From contig CAVPCQ010000020.1 of the NCBI GenBank assembly GCA_963702425.1, forward strand, positions 82,264 through 146,263: a stretch of 64,000 nt of DNA, in the 5' to 3' direction. Below are positions 61,375 to 64,000 of this stretch, in pieces; position 1 is the first letter of the stretch, and every line of letters begins with the position of its first letter. This DNA is from an uncultured Acidobacteriota bacterium. GTDB lineage: Bacteria; Acidobacteriota; Polarisedimenticolia; J045. The notes under the pieces are model-generated. The model did not search any database. It was not told the origin of the DNA and worked only from the letters and a program-made list of their open reading frames with translations. Both the position numbers and the translations under genes were made by a program.

Positions 61375-62030
61375 CGTCGTTGAAAGACCGCCTCTCCACG
61401 ATCCGGGTGGAGGACGACGAGGGGCGGCTGCAGGCGCTCGAGGTCCTGCGCGCCACCTACCGCGATGAGAAGGGATGGGTCAGCGACGAGGAGAAGCAGG
61501 TCCCCGAAAACGACCTGGCGCGCCCCGACGTGTCCTGGTTCGTGGTCCAGGAAAACGGCGTACCGGTGGGTGTGCTCAGGGTGCTGTACGACCCGCCGCT
61601 GCACCTGTACCGGGAGTACGGGCTGTCGCTGATCGACCTCGGGGCTGACATCGAGGCCTTCATCCGGGCGCACCGCATCGCGGAGATCGGGCGTTTCGCC
61701 GTTCTGCCCGCGAAGCGGCGGTACACGGTGATCGTGCTGGCCCTGATCCGGGCCGCGATCACTGAGACGGTCTCGCGGGGCTACACCCACTACATCACGG
61801 ACGTCTTCGAAGACGATCCCCACAGCCCCTACGAATTCCACACCCGCGTGCTGGGCTTCCAGCCGGTGGCAACGCACGACGTCGGAGAGCTCAACTGCGC
61901 CTCGCGCCGGATCACGCTCGTGCTCGACCTCCGGGCCTGCTACCACCGGATGCATGCGGCCAACGGGTTCTTCTTCCGCTACATCACCGAGAGCTGGAGC
62001 GAGGAGCTGCACCGGTCGCTGGCGCCCTGA
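61371..62030 (+). CDS. GNAT-fold N-acyltransferase (FeeM/OlsB/LuxI-like)
   Basis: LRATY..EKGW, PVGVLRV, IAEIGRFAVLP..R, LGF. ATGA overlap with the acyltransferase. Confidence 0.72.
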   Translation: MTSLKDRLSTIRVEDDEGRLQALEVLRATYRDEKGWVSDEEKQVPENDLARPDVSWFVVQENGVPVGVLRVLYDPPLHLYREYGLSLIDLGADIEAFIRAHRIAEIGRFAVLPAKRRYTVIVLALIRAAITETVSRGYTHYITDVFEDDPHSPYEFHTRVLGFQPVATHDVGELNCASRRITLVLDLRACYHRMHAANGFFFRYITESWSEELHRSLAP

Positions 62031-62808
62031 GCGCCGGAGGCGGGTTCGTCGCCAGCCACCCCCGCAGCGCGTAGTACCCCAGCCCGATCGCCTCGTGCAC
62101 GGCGCCCGTGGTGCGCGCCAGCGCGGAGGCGCTGGGCAGCAGGTCGGCCGCGTTCCAGCGTCCGGGGTCGCCCAGCGCCGCCGGCGCGGGGAGCGCCAGG
62201 AACCCCTCCCGCGCGAGACACGCGCGGGAACGCGCGAGGTGCACGGCCGAGGTGACGAGCGCTACGCGGGTCCATCCGCGGGCCCGGGCCTCGGCCGCAC
62301 AGAGCCGGGCGTTGTCGCGCGTCGTGCGGGCCTCCCGCTCGACCACGATCCGCCCGGGCGCCAGCCCGAGCGCCTCGGCCTCCTCCGCCATCCGCTGCCC
62401 GACGCCGGTCCGATCGGACCGACCCGCACCACCGCTGAAGACCAGCGGCGCCTCCGGCCACCGGCGTGCCGCCGCGAGGGCTGCAATCAGGCGCTCGCGG
62501 GACGAGTCCGAGAGCGGGGCCGAGGCACTGGTGCCGTCGAGTCCCCCGCCGAAAACCAGGATCCCGTCCGGCGCGGGCACGAGCGAAGGCGCCGGGGGCC
62601 AGCGCTCACCCAAGCCGGCCAGGGAGGACTCCGCGAGCCAGGCGACGGGTGGGGCGGCGGCAACGAGCAAGAAGGCCCAGGCGCCCAGCAGCAGGACGAA
62701 GGGGGCGCCCAGCTCCCGACCCTGCCGGCGCCGACGCCAGGCCAGGGCCGCGGCGAGGAGGCCGGCGAGGAGGGCGATGCCGAGCGGCGTCGTGAGGAGG
62801 TCCCGCAC
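61984..62808 (-). CDS. YdcF/ElyC (DUF218) family protein
   Basis: TMs, LVFGGG, FSGG, E..ARTT.DNA, LVTSAVHL.RS, HEAIG. Confidence 0.88.
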   Translation of the reverse strand: MRDLLTTPLGIALLAGLLAAALAWRRRRQGRELGAPFVLLLGAWAFLLVAAAPPVAWLAESSLAGLGERWPPAPSLVPAPDGILVFGGGLDGTSASAPLSDSSRERLIAALAAARRWPEAPLVFSGGAGRSDRTGVGQRMAEEAEALGLAPGRIVVEREARTTRDNARLCAAEARARGWTRVALVTSAVHLARSRACLAREGFLALPAPAALGDPGRWNAADLLPSASALARTTGAVHEAIGLGYYALRGWLATNPPPALRAPATGAAPRSSSR

Positions 62809-62920
62809 ACCCCTGATTATCGGGGATGGGGCGGGCGCTAGCCGAGGGCTGCGCCGGGCACTAGGTTGGCGGTGAAGGCGCCCGGCGAAGAGCCGCCCCG
62901 GGCGGCCGCGGAGGAGCGGA

Positions 62921-63238
62921 ATGGCCAGCGCGAAAGAGCTGCTCGCGGGCGTGGGCGAGAGCAGCGTCGACACGTCCTTCTGCGTCGGAGGCCGGCGCTA
63001 CCACGTCTTCGCCTTCCCCACCCCCGGACGGCGCCGGCCGAGCGTGCGCTGGAACCTCTACGAGGTGGTCCAGGGCCCGGACGAACGGCTGCGCGGTCTC
63101 ACGTTCGGGCTGGCCGCCAGTGTGGACGAGGCGCTCGACGCCGTCGTGAGGGTCGCGGAGCGGCACGAGCGGACCGGAGCTGTCGAACGCGCGGCCCAGC
63201 GCGGGCCGTTCACGTTCCGGCCGCTGCCGAGCGACTAG
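62921..63238 (+). CDS. Hypothetical protein (105 aa)
   Basis: RBS GAGGAG before ATG; globular-looking composition; ends at the terminator. Confidence 0.6.
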   Translation: MASAKELLAGVGESSVDTSFCVGGRRYHVFAFPTPGRRRPSVRWNLYEVVQGPDERLRGLTFGLAASVDEALDAVVRVAERHERTGAVERAAQRGPFTFRPLPSD

Positions 63239-63245
63239 TCCGGGC

Positions 63246-63274
63246 AAAAAGGGGGGCAGGCAGCGCCTGCCCCC
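63246..63274 (-). terminator. Rho-independent terminator of the small leader-peptide gene
   Basis: 10-bp stem GGGGGCAGGC/GCCTGCCCCC (63252-63274), 3-nt loop, followed by TTTTT on the minus strand. Confidence 0.8.
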
Positions 63275-63303
63275 GAAGCGGCACGTCGTGCCGCTGGATT
63301 GCT

Positions 63304-63591
63304 CTACTTCTTGGTGAAGAAGCTCAGGATCGCAGCCGCCGTCTTGTCCGAGACCACGGTGTTGTTGCTGACCGTGAAGTCCGGCTTGACCGGGTTGACC
63401 TGGCTGCCGCCCAGGCCGTTCCACGCACCGGTCGCGGCGCCGACGTTGACGCTGCCGTCGGGGTTCACGACCTGGTTGATCAGGTTGGCGGCATCGGTGC
63501 TGCTCGCCGAGATCTTCGCCAACAGGTCGGCCAGTCCGGTGCTCGGGGCAATGCGCGACTCCAGCTCTTCCACGTGAAGCTTCCGGCTCAT
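63304..63591 (-). CDS. 95-aa putative secreted protein/precursor with LE(S)RIAP leader
   Basis: RBS GAGGAG 7 nt before ATG 63591; MSRKLHVEELESRIAP followed by an N/S/G/V/T/A-rich mature part; GC3-biased codons. Confidence 0.8.
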   Translation of the reverse strand: MSRKLHVEELESRIAPSTGLADLLAKISASSTDAANLINQVVNPDGSVNVGAATGAWNGLGGSQVNPVKPDFTVSNNTVVSDKTAAAILSFFTKK

Positions 63592-63696
63592 CTCGTCTCT
63601 CCTCGGGCAGGAAACCCTGCCGCGCAGTTCGGGCGAACTCTCCGTCCAGCCCTCTCCTTGCGGCTCGCGGGCCGAGCCGCCTCCGCTGCGGTCCAC

Positions 63697-63713
63697 TGCA
63701 ATGACCCTGCCAG
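63697..63713 (-). promoter_or_regulatory. Sigma-54 (-24/-12) promoter
   Basis: Minus strand CTGGCAGGGTCATTGCA against consensus YTGGCACG-N4-TTGCW: exact spacing, one mismatch. Confidence 0.75.
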
Positions 63714-63779
63714 TCGCCCCGCGGGACCGCTCCGATCCGCGCCGGTCCAGCGCCGCCCGCGGCGCGCCGAGACGAATCG

Positions 63780-63810
63780 TCACCGGGCGCCGGGGCTCCC
63801 GTCCCGGTGA
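63780..63810. promoter_or_regulatory. Inverted repeat TCACCGGG-N15-CCCGGTGA, candidate enhancer (UAS)
   Basis: 8-bp arms, 67-97 bp upstream of the sigma-54 motif. Confidence 0.35.
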
Positions 63811-63872
63811 TGGGCAGAACGGTTTGGAGAGAAGGTGACCAGTTTCCGACAGCGAAGACGAGGAGCGGTCCG

Positions 63873-64000
63873 TCAGAGCAATGACGGGTCGATCAGGCGC
63901 AGCGCACGCCGCGCGATCAATCGTCCGAGCGGCAGCTTCCCGCCCGCGATCTTCGCCGCGCCGGTCATGCCGGGCTTCAGCAGGCCCGCGGGATCGGCGA
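63873..64000 (-). CDS. HlyD-like / RND periplasmic adaptor subunit, C-terminal end (truncated by window edge)
   Basis: Manual translation ...ADPAGLLKPGMTGAAKIAGGKLPLGRLIARRALRLIDPSLL*; L(K/R)PGM is the membrane-fusion-protein C-terminal motif. Confidence 0.72.
   Translation of the reverse strand, partial: ADPAGLLKPGMTGAAKIAGGKLPLGRLIARRALRLIDPSLL

Noticed and set aside
63600-63690. c-di-GMP riboswitch in the 5'UTR of the small gene
   Set aside because: The conserved c-di-GMP-I and -II aptamer motifs are not visible on the transcribed strand.
63592-63783. Longer 159-aa version of the small leader-peptide ORF
   Set aside because: The extension covers the sigma-54 promoter and UTR hairpins and has shadow-like composition. 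The RBS supports ATG 63591.
1-64000. Mobile elements, prophage, defence systems, rRNA/tRNA
   Set aside because: No transposase, integrase, phage or cas motifs, no compositional island and no RNA-gene signatures were seen by eye.

Overview
Very GC-rich, gene-dense bacterial core-genome window with about 63 CDS. I found no rRNA, tRNA, CRISPR array, prophage or IS. lpxC, bamD and lolC/E indicate a diderm. The N-terminally extended HslU, the rsmB-PASTA-rpe order and the FecR/DUF6600-like protein suggest Acidobacteriota (inference). Housekeeping and envelope blocks: lpxC-ntrY-ntrX-nuoE-like-LD-transpeptidase-tsaB/rimI-psd-pssA-lolC/E; def-fmt-rsmB-PASTA-rpe-thioesterase-bamD-hslVU-FN3 lipoprotein-dapF; EF-G2-asnS-rimO-pgpA-ribF; DUF1015-serA-serC; rnhB/tmk-holB; rlmD/nnr-tsaE; mreBCD-mrdA-rodA-phoH-ybeY-corC-era; ppiD; ETF-QO. 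The best candidate for an undescribed system is at the right edge. A 95-aa N/S/G/V-rich protein with an 'MSRKLHVEELESRIAP' (LEPRxLL-like) leader has its own sigma-54 promoter, a hairpin-rich 5'UTR, a strong RBS and an intrinsic terminator, and lies directly downstream of a truncated HlyD-like export adaptor. Other points of interest: a cohesin-lipoprotein/acyltransferase/N-acyltransferase operon, an ATPase-dead NtrX coupled to a lone 2Fe-2S protein, an M48 pseudoprotease with zinc ribbons, twin bidirectional promoters and a recurring leaderless-promoter pattern. All functional calls come from motif recognition by eye; no database searches were run.
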